Virus record (IMG/VR): IMGVR_UViG_3300001533_002283
Coordinates: 96,001 to 160,000 of that record
Length of the DNA: 64,000 nucleotides
Reading direction: 5' to 3' (one strand)
From: a virus
This document shows positions 18,328 to 28,621 of the stretch, piece after piece. Each line of letters starts with the position of its first letter. The first letter of the stretch is position 1. Position numbers and translations under genes: made by a program. The notes beneath the pieces were generated by a model. The model saw only the letters and a program-made list of their open reading frames with translations. It did not search any database and was not told the origin of the DNA.

Positions 18328-19410
18328 ATGATTAACGTTAATGTAGCGATCAATAATCTCTCGCTTGGCTATTGTGGTTATCAAATCACTTCGCAATTGC
18401 TCAAACAAGGCATCTCATTTAATTTTCAAAACCTTGGTAATGAGGTAGATACGTCGTGTTATAACAAACGTGCGTTCAACTACGACGCCACAATATCCTC
18501 AAAACTTCAATCTTTCCGCAAGAATTATTCCCGCCGCGACCCCACGTTAATGTGTTGGCATTTGAACGGAAGTCAAAACACCATCGGCACCGGTAACCAC
18601 CTCTTTACCTTTCACGAACTAGACTCCCTCACCCCCGCCGAAGTTAACGTCGCTAACAACCAAGAACAAATTTTTGTTTCCTCGCGCGAGTCGGTAGAAG
18701 TGTTTAAGGAATATGGGGTGACGGTCCCCGTTTCGTATATTCCCCTCGGTTACGACACCGACCATTTTTACCCCACGGGACGGAAATATCTTAAAGGTGC
18801 GACCGTCTTTGGCATTTTTGGCAAATTTGAGAAGAGAAAAAACACTGCGAAAACTATTCGTGCGTGGTTGAAAAAGTTTGGTAACAACCCTGCGTATCGC
18901 CTTCACTGTTTTATCTACAACCCGTTTTTTACCGCCGAACAGAATAAAGAAATTGCGTTGAAAATTGTTGAGGGTAAGGACTATAATAACATTAACTTCT
19001 TTGGTTACACCAAGACTCTCGTGGAACTTAACGATGCTTTTAACTGCTGCGATGTTGTCTTAGACATGAGTGGCGGGGAAGGATTTTCACTCGGTTCTTT
19101 TCATTGCGTAGGTATGGATAAACGCGCAGTAATCCATAATGTAACCGCCATGAAAGATTGGGCGATTGATTCGCCTAATGTAAAATTGGTAGAACCTTGT
19201 GAGAAAAATCCTGCCGCTGACGGGGTGTTTTTTGCAAAAGAGGGAGAGTTCAACATCGGCAATATCTACGGGTGGAATGAAGATGAATTTTTGGGCGCGC
19301 TGGATGAGATTGTAAAAATAGAGAGCGTTCCGGTTCGAGATGAATTTACCAAGAAATACTCATGGGAAAATACGGTGAATGAGATTTTAACAAAAATGGG
19401 AGTAAAATAA
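18328..19410 (+). CDS. Glycosyltransferase family 4 (GT-B)
   Basis: IPLGYD..F, GKFEKRKN, CDVVL.MSGGEGFSL, YSWEN. Confidence 0.85.
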   Translation: MINVNVAINNLSLGYCGYQITSQLLKQGISFNFQNLGNEVDTSCYNKRAFNYDATISSKLQSFRKNYSRRDPTLMCWHLNGSQNTIGTGNHLFTFHELDSLTPAEVNVANNQEQIFVSSRESVEVFKEYGVTVPVSYIPLGYDTDHFYPTGRKYLKGATVFGIFGKFEKRKNTAKTIRAWLKKFGNNPAYRLHCFIYNPFFTAEQNKEIALKIVEGKDYNNINFFGYTKTLVELNDAFNCCDVVLDMSGGEGFSLGSFHCVGMDKRAVIHNVTAMKDWAIDSPNVKLVEPCEKNPAADGVFFAKEGEFNIGNIYGWNEDEFLGALDEIVKIESVPVRDEFTKKYSWENTVNEILTKMGVK

Positions 19411-19415
19411 AATTT

Positions 19416-19802
19416 ATGAGACAGCTAACAGATCACAAACTAAACGGGCTGAATGACGCCCTAAATATCACCGTTATTGATGAACGCGGCGCGGGTAATG
19501 CCAATTATGTCTATGAAATCACTTTGCCTGATTGGACTAGAGACCCTGATGGAAATAATGCTCACAATATCTGGACGATCAACTTTCAGAACGGCCCGAT
19601 TAAAGAGGCTGGGTTTAACGGCGTGTCTGGTGAGGCACTATTAGCAATTCTTATAGACCAATTACGCGGATTTCAGTCGGGCGAATATGCCTGTCGGGAT
19701 AACGACATGGCGTTGGCACACCTTGAAGCGGCTCTGTTTTGGTTACAAAAACGCACAAGGGAGCGACTGAATCGCGGAGTCGAGGGAACAAGTGCTAAAT
19801 AA
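19416..19802 (+). CDS. tad1: Tad1 family anti-defence nucleotide sponge
   Basis: G.G.A...Y; I.FQ.G..KE; GV...LL.I..D.L..FQ.G.Y.CR.N..AL.H.E.AL.WL..R..ER..R.V.GT. This follows the recalled Tad1 pattern over the full length. Confidence 0.82.
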   Translation: MRQLTDHKLNGLNDALNITVIDERGAGNANYVYEITLPDWTRDPDGNNAHNIWTINFQNGPIKEAGFNGVSGEALLAILIDQLRGFQSGEYACRDNDMALAHLEAALFWLQKRTRERLNRGVEGTSAK

Positions 19803-19864
19803 TTCACTTTCTCCCTAAAAATCTGTATAAATTCTTTAAGGTAACTAGGTAAAATTAACACATC

Positions 19865-20299
19865 ATGGCCCTCTACATCTTCGAACACCCCCAAACTGGC
19901 GAAACTCGCGAGGTATATTTCAAGCTGGACGACAAAAAAGAGTATTTTGGCGAGGAAGATGAAGATAAAATCAAGTGGCACCGTCGTTTCACCATTCCTT
20001 ATGCCGCCTCTAACACGAAAATCTCCGACCCCTTTTCTCAAAAAGATTTTGTAAACTCTACCGATAAGAAAAATATTACCTTTGGCGAAATGTGGGATGC
20101 GAGCGCCGCCATGTCCGAAAAGCGTGCCAAAATCAATGGCGAAGACCCTGTTAAATCCCAATATTATGATAAATACGCGGAGAATCGCAACGGCTTAAAA
20201 CATTTAAGAGACGGGCGGGAAAAGAAAGCGGTTCAAGAAAAGTTTGGCAAAACCAAGAAACCAAAAGCTCCGCCACAACCCAAACGCGGGCGCGGGTAA
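19865..20299 (+). CDS. FmdB-like N-terminal domain protein without Zn cysteines
   Basis: MALYIFEHPQTGETREV...W.R.F pattern; basic C-terminal tail. Confidence 0.5.
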   Translation: MALYIFEHPQTGETREVYFKLDDKKEYFGEEDEDKIKWHRRFTIPYAASNTKISDPFSQKDFVNSTDKKNITFGEMWDASAAMSEKRAKINGEDPVKSQYYDKYAENRNGLKHLRDGREKKAVQEKFGKTKKPKAPPQPKRGRG

Positions 20300-20322
20300 A
20301 TTTAATAATATAACACCCTAAC

Positions 20323-20769
20323 ATGCCTTACTCACCCATTTCAGTTCGACAAATTAATCAAGGGGAACTTTCTGGTTTTACCGACCAATATGTTCAGGCG
20401 TTCGCGGTGGGCCTAACCGGCAATCAGGTAATCTCCGGTCAAAAGACTTTTATCAATGTATTAGTCCCGGCGGCGGGCTTCCTCTATAACAAAAACTACG
20501 TCAATGGTAGTTACACCGTCGATCAAAACGATTATTTTATCTGTGTAAATGCCAGCGGTTCGCAAAAAACCTTAACTTTCCCCCAAACTGGTTTTCTGAT
20601 GGGTAAAGAATATATTGTGAAAGACTTTCTTGGTTTGTCTCAAACTAATCCTATCACACTTACCGGAAGCGGCGTTACTTTCGATTATCAACCCTCTTTA
20701 ACAATTTCTGGAAATTTCGCCTCGCTCTATCTCGTTGGTGGTAGCGGGTTTAACTACGAAGTTAATTAA
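20323..20769 (+). CDS. Probable virion accessory protein; paralogue of the C-terminal domain of 49468-50730
   Basis: TGNQVISGQKTF fibre-like repeat; shares GVTFDYQP..TISGNFAS..L..GSGFNYEVN with the paralogue. Confidence 0.6.
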   Translation: MPYSPISVRQINQGELSGFTDQYVQAFAVGLTGNQVISGQKTFINVLVPAAGFLYNKNYVNGSYTVDQNDYFICVNASGSQKTLTFPQTGFLMGKEYIVKDFLGLSQTNPITLTGSGVTFDYQPSLTISGNFASLYLVGGSGFNYEVN

Positions 20770-20783
20770 CTCGAATTTTCATC

Positions 20784-20812
20784 TTGACTTTTTCTCTTAA
20801 CAGGGGAATACT
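20784..20812 (+). promoter_or_regulatory. sigma70-like promoter for ssb
   Basis: TTGACT-17 nt-AATACT. Confidence 0.55.
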
Positions 20813-20870
20813 ACAAAACGTAAACTAAAATAAACACAAAACACAATACTAACCTAAATAAAATATCACT

Positions 20871-21545
20871 ATGCCTATTGGAAACCCAAATCGAAGCGAC
20901 AGTAACAAGAAAATGATTTTCGTGAATGTTATCACGAAAGACGAGAATGATATGGACGTAAAGCCCTACTTCTCTTTCAAAGCCGGAATCGGCGAAGATA
21001 AAGACGGTAAGAAACAATACGAGGAAATCGCCAAGGATAATTCCTTTAGCGGTTCGCTCGTCAAGGTTGAGCCTTACGAAAAGGAAATTAAGTCTAAGGG
21101 TATCAAGCAGCCCCGCGTTAAGGTTCTTTTTGAAGATGAAGATAGCGTCTACTATATGGATTTGAGTTATACGATTCTTTCGCGCTCTTTCTTTAACTCT
21201 CTCCTCTCCCTCAACTCTACCGAAGACCTTTCTCTTTCTATCTATCAGACTAAGCCTAATGATAAGGGCAAGGTTTATCCCCAGATGAGTCTGCGCCAAG
21301 GGGCCGCCAAGGACAACATGGTTCGTTGGCTCTATGAGCGTTCTGAACTGCCCGAGATTAAGAAAGTTAAGGTCAAGGGTCAGGAAATGAGCGATACCGA
21401 AGATGTTGATAATTTCTTCCGTGATAAGTTGAGTGAGAAGTTTGCCGAGATTAGCAAGCTGGGTGGTTCTGCACCCGCCCCAAAGGCAAAGAAGGAAAGT
21501 AAGGCTAGTGATGAATCTTTAGCAGATTCCGATCTGCCTTTTTAA
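20871..21545 (+). CDS. Single-stranded DNA-binding protein (putative)
   Basis: Beta-rich core, flexible linker and acidic DSDLPF C-terminus; own promoter and terminator. Confidence 0.65.
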   Translation: MPIGNPNRSDSNKKMIFVNVITKDENDMDVKPYFSFKAGIGEDKDGKKQYEEIAKDNSFSGSLVKVEPYEKEIKSKGIKQPRVKVLFEDEDSVYYMDLSYTILSRSFFNSLLSLNSTEDLSLSIYQTKPNDKGKVYPQMSLRQGAAKDNMVRWLYERSELPEIKKVKVKGQEMSDTEDVDNFFRDKLSEKFAEISKLGGSAPAPKAKKESKASDESLADSDLPF

Positions 21546-21571
21546 AAAGTCTTAACCTTAAATAACAACTC

Positions 21572-21606
21572 AAAGCCGCATGGTGATAAACCTTGCGGTT
21601 TTTTAT
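21572..21606 (+). terminator. Intrinsic terminator
   Basis: aagccgca...tgcggtt followed by a T-tract. Confidence 0.7.
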
Positions 21607-21640
21607 TGCCAAAAAGCACCTCACTTTCAAGTATAACATC

Positions 21641-23545
21641 ATGGGTAAAAAAGTTATTGCGATTCAAACCGATGGACCAATGCGTAAAAGCGGATTAGGC
21701 AGAAATGGTAAAGCTCTCGCCAAGTATCTCCATAACACGGGTAAGTATGAAGTCGTTTACTTTGCCCAACAAGGTTACACTTATGACGACAACGAGTTAA
21801 AGAAACTACCTTTTCGCGCGCACGGGATTCTTCCTAATAATCAAAACGAACTAATTGCCGCGCAAAATGACCCGACAAAATTTCGTGATGCAACTTACGG
21901 GAATCTTTGCATCGACCAATTTGTAAAAGACGTTAAGCCCTTTGCCATGATTTTTTCCAATGATTCATGGGCTTTTCCTTATCAATCGCGCCCTTGGTGG
22001 AATAAATTTCATTGCTTGCCACACATTACCCTAGATTCTCTTCCTTTTCAAAAATCCCAAACAGAGTTTATTAAAAAGTCCAAAACCCACTACGTTTGGG
22101 CAAAGTTTGCGGAAGAAGAGGCTGTTAGAATCGGACTCAACAATGTTAAAACTATTCCCGCGATTATTGACGATGAGTATTTCAAACCGCTTGGTCGGGA
22201 AGCAAAATATCAGTTGAAAAAGAAACATGGTATCGACCAAGACACTTTCATAATCGGTTTTGTTTTTCGTAATCAGTTAAGAAAAGAGGTAAAGCCCCTT
22301 CTTGAAGGTTTCGCACAATTTAAGAAACTTCACCCAAAAGCAAAAGTTAAATTACTTCTCCATACTAATTTTAATGAAGGCTGGCGAATTTTTGATTTTC
22401 TTGAGGAGTTAAACATTCCCGCCTCTGACATTCTCACTACTTACTACTGCAAAGAGTGCGGCGAATACGAGATTAAGACCCCTGCCGGTTCAAATCTTCC
22501 CTGCAAATATTGTGGCGCGAAAAAATCTCAAGACTATTGCGGGATTCATGGCGGTGTTAATGAGGAACAGTTAAACGAGGTATATAATCTCATGGATGGT
22601 TATTGTCACCCTGCAAATGCTGGTGGGTGCGAAATGCCCATTATTGAGGCTCTTTATGCCGGTTTACCCATTTCTACTGTCAGTTACGCCTTTGGCAAGA
22701 CCTTTACTGACGAACCATTTTGTCACACTATTGAACATGCTTGGACTGTTCAAGATGGGACACAATTTAAGCGGGCATGCCCCCACCCCGAATCAATTCA
22801 AGATTTTATCTCATTTTTATACTTCACCCCGATTGACGAGAGGGAAGAAATTGGTGAAGAAGGTAGAGAGTTCGCCTTAAATACTTTTTCTCCCAAAGTG
22901 GTCGGCGCACAATGGGAAAAGGCGATTGATTCGCTTCCCGATTTTTCCTACGATTATGAGTTTGCCGAGAAGGAGAAAAATCCGAATTACCCTATGCCAG
23001 TTGGCGTGAGTGACGACGAGTTCGTAACACTTTTATACAACAATGTATTGTTCCAACCTGAACCAGAAGATGGGGATGGTCGCAAACACTGGCTAAAGAC
23101 TCTGGCGGGCGGTATTCCACGAGAGGAAGTTTATAAGTTTTTTATCAATGTAGCATTAAATGACAATGCGAAGAATAAAAAAGTAAAGTTAACCGACTTT
23201 TTTGACAAGGATGATGAAGGCAGGCGTGCATTGTTTTACGTGGAGGGAAATGCCGAGGATGTGTTTTTGACCACCGCGTTACTCCAAGATTTTAAGCAAA
23301 TTCACCCCAACTTTAACATTTACTTTTCTTGCGGGGAAGACCATAAGATTTTGTTGAAAGGTAATCCTTATATCCATAAACTGTTACCTCTAATACCGGA
23401 ATTTGGCGATGCTACAATTATGAAGGGGGTTGTGACGGGAGAAAAAATAATCAACTATCTTTATATTCCAAATTTACAAACGGCAAAAGTTCCCACCAGA
23501 CTTGGAGAAGATGCGGAAGAGTTAAATAAAACCCTTATTAAATAA
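21641..23545 (+). CDS. Multidomain glycosyltransferase (GT4 with Zn-finger insert, DUF4214-like domain and GT9-like N-lobe)
   Basis: SGLGR, RNQLRK, CKEC..CKYC, GCEMPIIEALYAG, FVTLLYNNVL...GRKHW, DVFLTTALL...GNPYIHK. Confidence 0.8.
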   Translation: MGKKVIAIQTDGPMRKSGLGRNGKALAKYLHNTGKYEVVYFAQQGYTYDDNELKKLPFRAHGILPNNQNELIAAQNDPTKFRDATYGNLCIDQFVKDVKPFAMIFSNDSWAFPYQSRPWWNKFHCLPHITLDSLPFQKSQTEFIKKSKTHYVWAKFAEEEAVRIGLNNVKTIPAIIDDEYFKPLGREAKYQLKKKHGIDQDTFIIGFVFRNQLRKEVKPLLEGFAQFKKLHPKAKVKLLLHTNFNEGWRIFDFLEELNIPASDILTTYYCKECGEYEIKTPAGSNLPCKYCGAKKSQDYCGIHGGVNEEQLNEVYNLMDGYCHPANAGGCEMPIIEALYAGLPISTVSYAFGKTFTDEPFCHTIEHAWTVQDGTQFKRACPHPESIQDFISFLYFTPIDEREEIGEEGREFALNTFSPKVVGAQWEKAIDSLPDFSYDYEFAEKEKNPNYPMPVGVSDDEFVTLLYNNVLFQPEPEDGDGRKHWLKTLAGGIPREEVYKFFINVALNDNAKNKKVKLTDFFDKDDEGRRALFYVEGNAEDVFLTTALLQDFKQIHPNFNIYFSCGEDHKILLKGNPYIHKLLPLIPEFGDATIMKGVVTGEKIINYLYIPNLQTAKVPTRLGEDAEELNKTLIK

Positions 23546-23551
23546 CACACT

Positions 23552-24739
23552 ATGAACACCTTAGAATCTTTTTCGCTTTCAACAAATCTCGCGCCCGCCA
23601 CCCCCCACCTTCAACGGGATTATTTCCCCCTAGACATCGACTTGTCCCGCGCTGTTTTAATCCTCAACACTTTTGAAGATCAGAGAAAAACCGCACGAGT
23701 CTATGATTACTTTCAAGACGTGATTGATTTTAGTGCGAACGAATTGGCAAAACACGGGTATTTTTTCTTTCAGCCTTTAACAGGGCGCGAGCCGGTTCTA
23801 CGTTGCGCAAATTCAACCTTCAATTTAACACCCAACCAAGTCGCTTACCTAATTGACGGTTGTGCCGCTGTAATCTCTAACGATGGGGTTTATTCTCATG
23901 TGGCAAATGAAGCTGGGGTTAAATGCCTCACCTTATTTGGTTCAAGCTCCCCTTCTGCCCACACTCCGAAATTTCACCCTGACATCTTTACCCCCATTAG
24001 AGAATCTAATAGTGCGCCTAGTTATCGCTCAAACGAATCTCCAAAGCAAGTAAACGAGAACAGGGTAGAAACCATAATTAAATCTCTCTTCTCCTTACTC
24101 TCACTTAAATGTCATTTACCACTCAAAACCGTCTATATGGGGCAGCATTATGGTCTTAAATTCTTAGAGGTGATCCCCGATTGCGTGTTAAGTCCAGATA
24201 ATTTTAAATCCGATTTGGTTACATTTCGTATGGATTATCTTCACGACGAGAGTGTGCTTTTTGCTAATCTTCAATATCGGAAGTGCAACATTATTGTTAA
24301 AAATCCCCTGGATTTAGATAAACTAAAAGTGTTTAAAACCAACATTGTTAATTTTAATTACGAGATTGATAAAAATGTTGATTTAAGTTACGTGAAAAAA
24401 CTAATCAAGACCGGTATAAAAGTCACCTTTTTCTCTGACGAGAAGGACGCCGATTTGTCGCTCGCCCGAATGAAAATGCTTGACGTTGGGATAGTTGAAT
24501 CGCTGGAAAAACCGGGAGTGGTTCCCGAGGTGTTGGCAAAAATCACGGAGGATACTCACTATCGTTCCAATAAATTCACCCTTTCTGACGGAAAGATTTA
24601 CTCGTCTTACAGTGCATATCTCAACAAAACCCCTATCCCTAGCTTTAATCACAACGTTGTTAAATTCAACAAAGATGACCCGCTTTTATGGGAAGATTTG
24701 CGATTCTCTTTCCTTTTTGATTTGACAAAGACAGGTTAA
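23552..24739 (+). CDS. GT9-like glycosyltransferase
   Basis: QVAYLI...VISND...HVA...GV.CLTLFG. Confidence 0.7.
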   Translation: MNTLESFSLSTNLAPATPHLQRDYFPLDIDLSRAVLILNTFEDQRKTARVYDYFQDVIDFSANELAKHGYFFFQPLTGREPVLRCANSTFNLTPNQVAYLIDGCAAVISNDGVYSHVANEAGVKCLTLFGSSSPSAHTPKFHPDIFTPIRESNSAPSYRSNESPKQVNENRVETIIKSLFSLLSLKCHLPLKTVYMGQHYGLKFLEVIPDCVLSPDNFKSDLVTFRMDYLHDESVLFANLQYRKCNIIVKNPLDLDKLKVFKTNIVNFNYEIDKNVDLSYVKKLIKTGIKVTFFSDEKDADLSLARMKMLDVGIVESLEKPGVVPEVLAKITEDTHYRSNKFTLSDGKIYSSYSAYLNKTPIPSFNHNVVKFNKDDPLLWEDLRFSFLFDLTKTG

Positions 24740-24759
24740 AAAGTCAAATTAACACCACT

Positions 24760-25593
24760 ATGGCACGACCTAAGAAAATTACCACTGAAACCTCACCCGT
24801 TACTGCTCCCGACCCGCTCCGTCCGGGCATGAAACTAGTTGAGCGAGATTCCTACGGATTACTCAAAAATACTGAATACGTCTTTGACGACAACGGAAAT
24901 GTAAATTGGCGCAAGATGGTGCCGGTAGAGTTTCTTTATGTAAATGGGGATGCTCGGCGAAAGGAAATGATTGAGCGGAAGTATAAAAAGAGTGTTAAGG
25001 AAATTGACGTTGTAGCTGATAATGTTGAAGACCGTGATTTAGTTATTACCTTGGCGGGCCTCAAACACCTGTTACGTTTACGTGGTTATTCTAGTGTCTC
25101 GTTTCACACCAACGAGTCTAGCGAAACTTTTGCGAGTGTAAACTGTTATATTGACTTTCTACCTAATTTTGAAACAGAGGGTGTCGCCCAATCTTATTCT
25201 GAGAATGGTTCTGCTCACCTCCGCTCAACCGATGGTTTCATGCGGGCGTATCTGGTAGAAGCTGCCACAAATCGTGCGTTTGCCCGTTGTATCAGAAATT
25301 ACCTCAATATTAATATCGTTAGTCGCGAGGAACTTTTTGACGAGAGTAAGGCGGCGCAAATTGACGGGGGTAATTCCCCGCTCCTTACTAATGGCTCCCC
25401 CCAGTCTATTCTTGAAAAAAAGTGTTCGGAAGCGGGGTTTGGATTCAATGCGTTGAAACTTGCGGCGATTAAATATAAAGATAAACTTGGTAACGCCCCC
25501 GAACCTTGGACAAAATTCTCTGATATTCCCGCGCAGGATTGCTATGTTTTACTGGAAATGATTAAGACAAAGGACGATAAACCTAAGTCTTAA
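24760..25593 (+). CDS. Rad52/Sak-like single-strand annealing protein (putative)
   Basis: I.L.GL..L...G...A.V.C.I...G.A...YL.E.A.NRA.AR..R..L.I..VS.EEL pattern. Confidence 0.55.
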   Translation: MARPKKITTETSPVTAPDPLRPGMKLVERDSYGLLKNTEYVFDDNGNVNWRKMVPVEFLYVNGDARRKEMIERKYKKSVKEIDVVADNVEDRDLVITLAGLKHLLRLRGYSSVSFHTNESSETFASVNCYIDFLPNFETEGVAQSYSENGSAHLRSTDGFMRAYLVEAATNRAFARCIRNYLNINIVSREELFDESKAAQIDGGNSPLLTNGSPQSILEKKCSEAGFGFNALKLAAIKYKDKLGNAPEPWTKFSDIPAQDCYVLLEMIKTKDDKPKS

Positions 25594-26612
25594 GCCATCT
25601 CCCTCCAAGGGCACGTTCTAACTCGCAAGTGCCCCACAAACTCCCCTTCAGTCTCATGATATACGTTATACAGCGTATATTTTTTTTCGTCGCCACCTTT
25701 TTTCTTTTCCCAGATAACATGGTCAGCAGGGCAGTGAGGCAGAACGGCCATTTTAATTCCATTTGGATACCAACGATTCCAACCGATATAAAGGTCTTCG
25801 GTGCCGTGTCCTTCATATCCTTCAAAGTAGGCCAGTTCTAAAGCCTTGGCATTCATTAGCGTGCAGCCAAACCCCACCCAATCGGTAGGGATTAAACTGC
25901 CCTTACCAATACCCGGAAAAGCGTTTTCTAACCACCCTCTTCGCCTCCATTTTTTCGCGTTTAACGCAAATACGTTACCAAAAGGAGGGCAGTTTTTAAT
26001 TCTTTCTTTTATTCTTTTTAGCCTATTAATCTCTTTCTCGGTCTCTTTTTCTTTTAGTCTTTTTTCATTCTCTCTCATAAGAATTTTTAACCTCTCTGGC
26101 AAATTACGTTCTTCTGGCAAAAAATCTTCGCAAATTTGATTTTGGGGCGTCCCGCGCCCTCCAAGAAAAGCAGTATTTGGATATGGGCACATTGCCACAC
26201 TATAATACCCATCGTCAAAATTTATCGCATCAACCATTACTCGAAGAGCGTTTGCATGGGGCAGAGTATCACTATCTAGACTCCAACAGTATTTTGCATT
26301 TAATTTAATTGCTGCGGAGTGAGCGGTTTGCCGCATATCTGCAATGAGAAGTTGAGCTTTTTGTTTGTAGTTTTCCCCTCCTTCAACGAATGCGGGGTTT
26401 TTAATCAGGTGAATACGCCATCCTTCGGGAAAAATATCGGTCCAGTATTTAGCGACCGATTTCAACTCTTCCGACTCGTCTCCAACAATTACCACGTCAC
26501 CGCCCATTACCTTTGCGTTTTTAATACATGTCGCAACACGACGCCCCTGAGAGTGCATTGCGTAAGTATATGATTTTGTCGCACAAACAGAAATAACTAG
26601 ATTTTCTATCAT
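25590..26612 (-). CDS. Glycosyltransferase, GT-A fold
   Basis: WSLDSD (DxD motif), DWVGFGCTLM, GTEDL, PADH. Confidence 0.8.
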   Translation of the reverse strand: MIENLVISVCATKSYTYAMHSQGRRVATCIKNAKVMGGDVVIVGDESEELKSVAKYWTDIFPEGWRIHLIKNPAFVEGGENYKQKAQLLIADMRQTAHSAAIKLNAKYCWSLDSDTLPHANALRVMVDAINFDDGYYSVAMCPYPNTAFLGGRGTPQNQICEDFLPEERNLPERLKILMRENEKRLKEKETEKEINRLKRIKERIKNCPPFGNVFALNAKKWRRRGWLENAFPGIGKGSLIPTDWVGFGCTLMNAKALELAYFEGYEGHGTEDLYIGWNRWYPNGIKMAVLPHCPADHVIWEKKKGGDEKKYTLYNVYHETEGEFVGHLRVRTCPWREMA

Positions 26613-26652
26613 GTTTTATGGTTTGAAATAATTCCGCTTTCGTCAACCTTGA

Positions 26653-28617
26653 TTATGTTATCTCATAATTAACGTTCGTTTGAGTGAAATAAACTTGAGA
26701 CGCAACGAAATCAGTGTTTTCTCTTCTAACTTGATTAACGTTTAATAAAACTAGGGGTTTGTCTATTGCAAGTTCAATTTGATTAATGTTAGAATTTTGA
26801 GATTCAAAAGAAGAATAAAGTGAACTGGTTGAATCAGAAGATATTCTTGTGGCTCTTAACAATCCGTCAAAAAATAAGTAAGCCGTGAGAGATTGTGAAG
26901 CCGCCCCCATTCCTGCAAAACTATCGTTACCGAATCCAAGTGAGATTGATTTTCTGCTAGATTGAAAAGTTTCTCCGTTTGAGTCTGTTAGGGTAAAAAA
27001 TGAAGGTCTCTGAGAAGCAAATCTGATTATATTTGCCGATGTAATTGCCCCCGTCCCAGCAGAATTACCATCTGGAATTAACACATCGGTATAAAGCCTC
27101 GTTTCTGAACTTTCAAAGTTGGTAGTTGAACCGCCCGTTGCGCCAAATCCATTCGTTAAGGTGCTGGTTGAAGAAGATGAAGTATTAGATACCGTTCTAT
27201 TGTCCAACAAATTTAACCATTCAGAAAACGTGCCTCTTCTTTGGCCCGTAAAAAACACAACCCCGGTGCCGGTGCTTGTGTCGCTTTGAAAAAGCGCACT
27301 TGAAGAGAATGTTGTTGAATGGCCATATCTACCAGTAATTGATATTCTTTCCCTTGCCGCCGTCTGAGTTGTTTCCTGCGTTTGCGGATTTTGCCAGTTC
27401 AAAGTTCTATTAGAGCTAGTGTGAATGACGTTTGTTCCAGAATTAAAAACGGTTAATGAGGGTAGCTGGCTACTTGTTGTTTGTAGTGATATTCCAGAAG
27501 ATGAAACGGTAAATGTGTTTCTCTGTGGCGCAGTATCGCCAACAGTTGTAAAATTAACTGTGAATCTTGTGCTAGGATTTGTTAAAAAATCTGAACCAGA
27601 AAAAGACGTGAGAATAGGGAAAAGAACTTCTGCGTTTTCTGCTTCGTAAACCGTTGCATTTGCAAAAGATGCGCTTCTTAATATTCCCGTTGTGGCATAT
27701 TCAGTTGTTGTTACTGGCCTTTCTGAGAAAACGCTAGACACCCTAGTTAGAGTGGTTGTTTCGAAAACCAAGGAAAAACTTGTTGAGTAAGTTTGAGTTT
27801 CTGTTGTTGTAAGGCTTACGCTTGTTGCTTTTGTTCGGGTAGAAGTAGTAAAAGTATCCTCTCCATTCCATGTTTGACTGTTTGAAAGGGAAGAAGTTAT
27901 TGTTGATGCTGTTAAAAAAGAATCGGAAGCCGTTGTTTCGGTTGAACTACTTGAAAGAATAGAACCAGTGGTTGAATTATTAGTTTTAAAAGTGCGAGAT
28001 ATCGCAATTAGGGCGGTATTAAAAAAAGAGGAAAATGTTTCCGTTGTTGAAAAAAAAGAAGAGGTTCTTCCTGTTTTATCAAAATAAACGTAAAACTCTC
28101 TTTTTGTTAGTGCGCTGGCCTGCCTTGTTAAACTTTGGCTTTGCACCAATGCATTTGCTCTACCTAGTATATCCCCTCCACCAGCTTGAGAAATAGAACT
28201 GGAAGACGAACTAAATGCAGAGTATGATCCTATTTCTGTAAATAAAAAACCGAGAGAAGAGCTAGTTTGAGAAAATGTAGTGCCCTGTGACGGCAAGAAA
28301 ATTGTCTCACTTAAGGACTCTGAATCTGTTTGACCTGCAATATCGTGTGAAAAAAATCTTGAAATACTATAAGAACTATCACGAAAATTTGATAAAGACG
28401 TTGATGAAACGCTATTATTTCTTGATGTTGTTATAGTTAGCAAAAAGGCATTTGATTCGTTTCTTGTGTATGTGAAAGAGGCCCCAAAAGCAATCCCCGT
28501 AACGCCCGCGACAGAAGAGGTAAATGTTCCATCCGTTCGACTGCTTATAAATACAGAAGAAAGACTTCTTGGATGATTTTCGCTGTTATCCGTAAGTATT
28601 ACCCAAGAAATAGCCAT
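26653..28617 (-). CDS. Ser/Thr-rich (mucin-like) virion-associated protein
   Basis: 654 aa, roughly one third Ser+Thr by eye, no Cys seen; last structural-type gene of the tail operon. Confidence 0.7.
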   Translation of the reverse strand: MAISWVILTDNSENHPRSLSSVFISSRTDGTFTSSVAGVTGIAFGASFTYTRNESNAFLLTITTSRNNSVSSTSLSNFRDSSYSISRFFSHDIAGQTDSESLSETIFLPSQGTTFSQTSSSLGFLFTEIGSYSAFSSSSSSISQAGGGDILGRANALVQSQSLTRQASALTKREFYVYFDKTGRTSSFFSTTETFSSFFNTALIAISRTFKTNNSTTGSILSSSSTETTASDSFLTASTITSSLSNSQTWNGEDTFTTSTRTKATSVSLTTTETQTYSTSFSLVFETTTLTRVSSVFSERPVTTTEYATTGILRSASFANATVYEAENAEVLFPILTSFSGSDFLTNPSTRFTVNFTTVGDTAPQRNTFTVSSSGISLQTTSSQLPSLTVFNSGTNVIHTSSNRTLNWQNPQTQETTQTAARERISITGRYGHSTTFSSSALFQSDTSTGTGVVFFTGQRRGTFSEWLNLLDNRTVSNTSSSSTSTLTNGFGATGGSTTNFESSETRLYTDVLIPDGNSAGTGAITSANIIRFASQRPSFFTLTDSNGETFQSSRKSISLGFGNDSFAGMGAASQSLTAYLFFDGLLRATRISSDSTSSLYSSFESQNSNINQIELAIDKPLVLLNVNQVRRENTDFVASQVYFTQTNVNYEIT

Positions 28618-28621
28618 AACA

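Noticed and set aside
4260-26612. DNA hypermodification as the main role of the glycosyltransferases
   Set aside because: Not excluded, but no base hydroxymethylase, TET/JBP or similar enzyme is in this window, and the number and variety of enzymes fit oligosaccharide assembly better.
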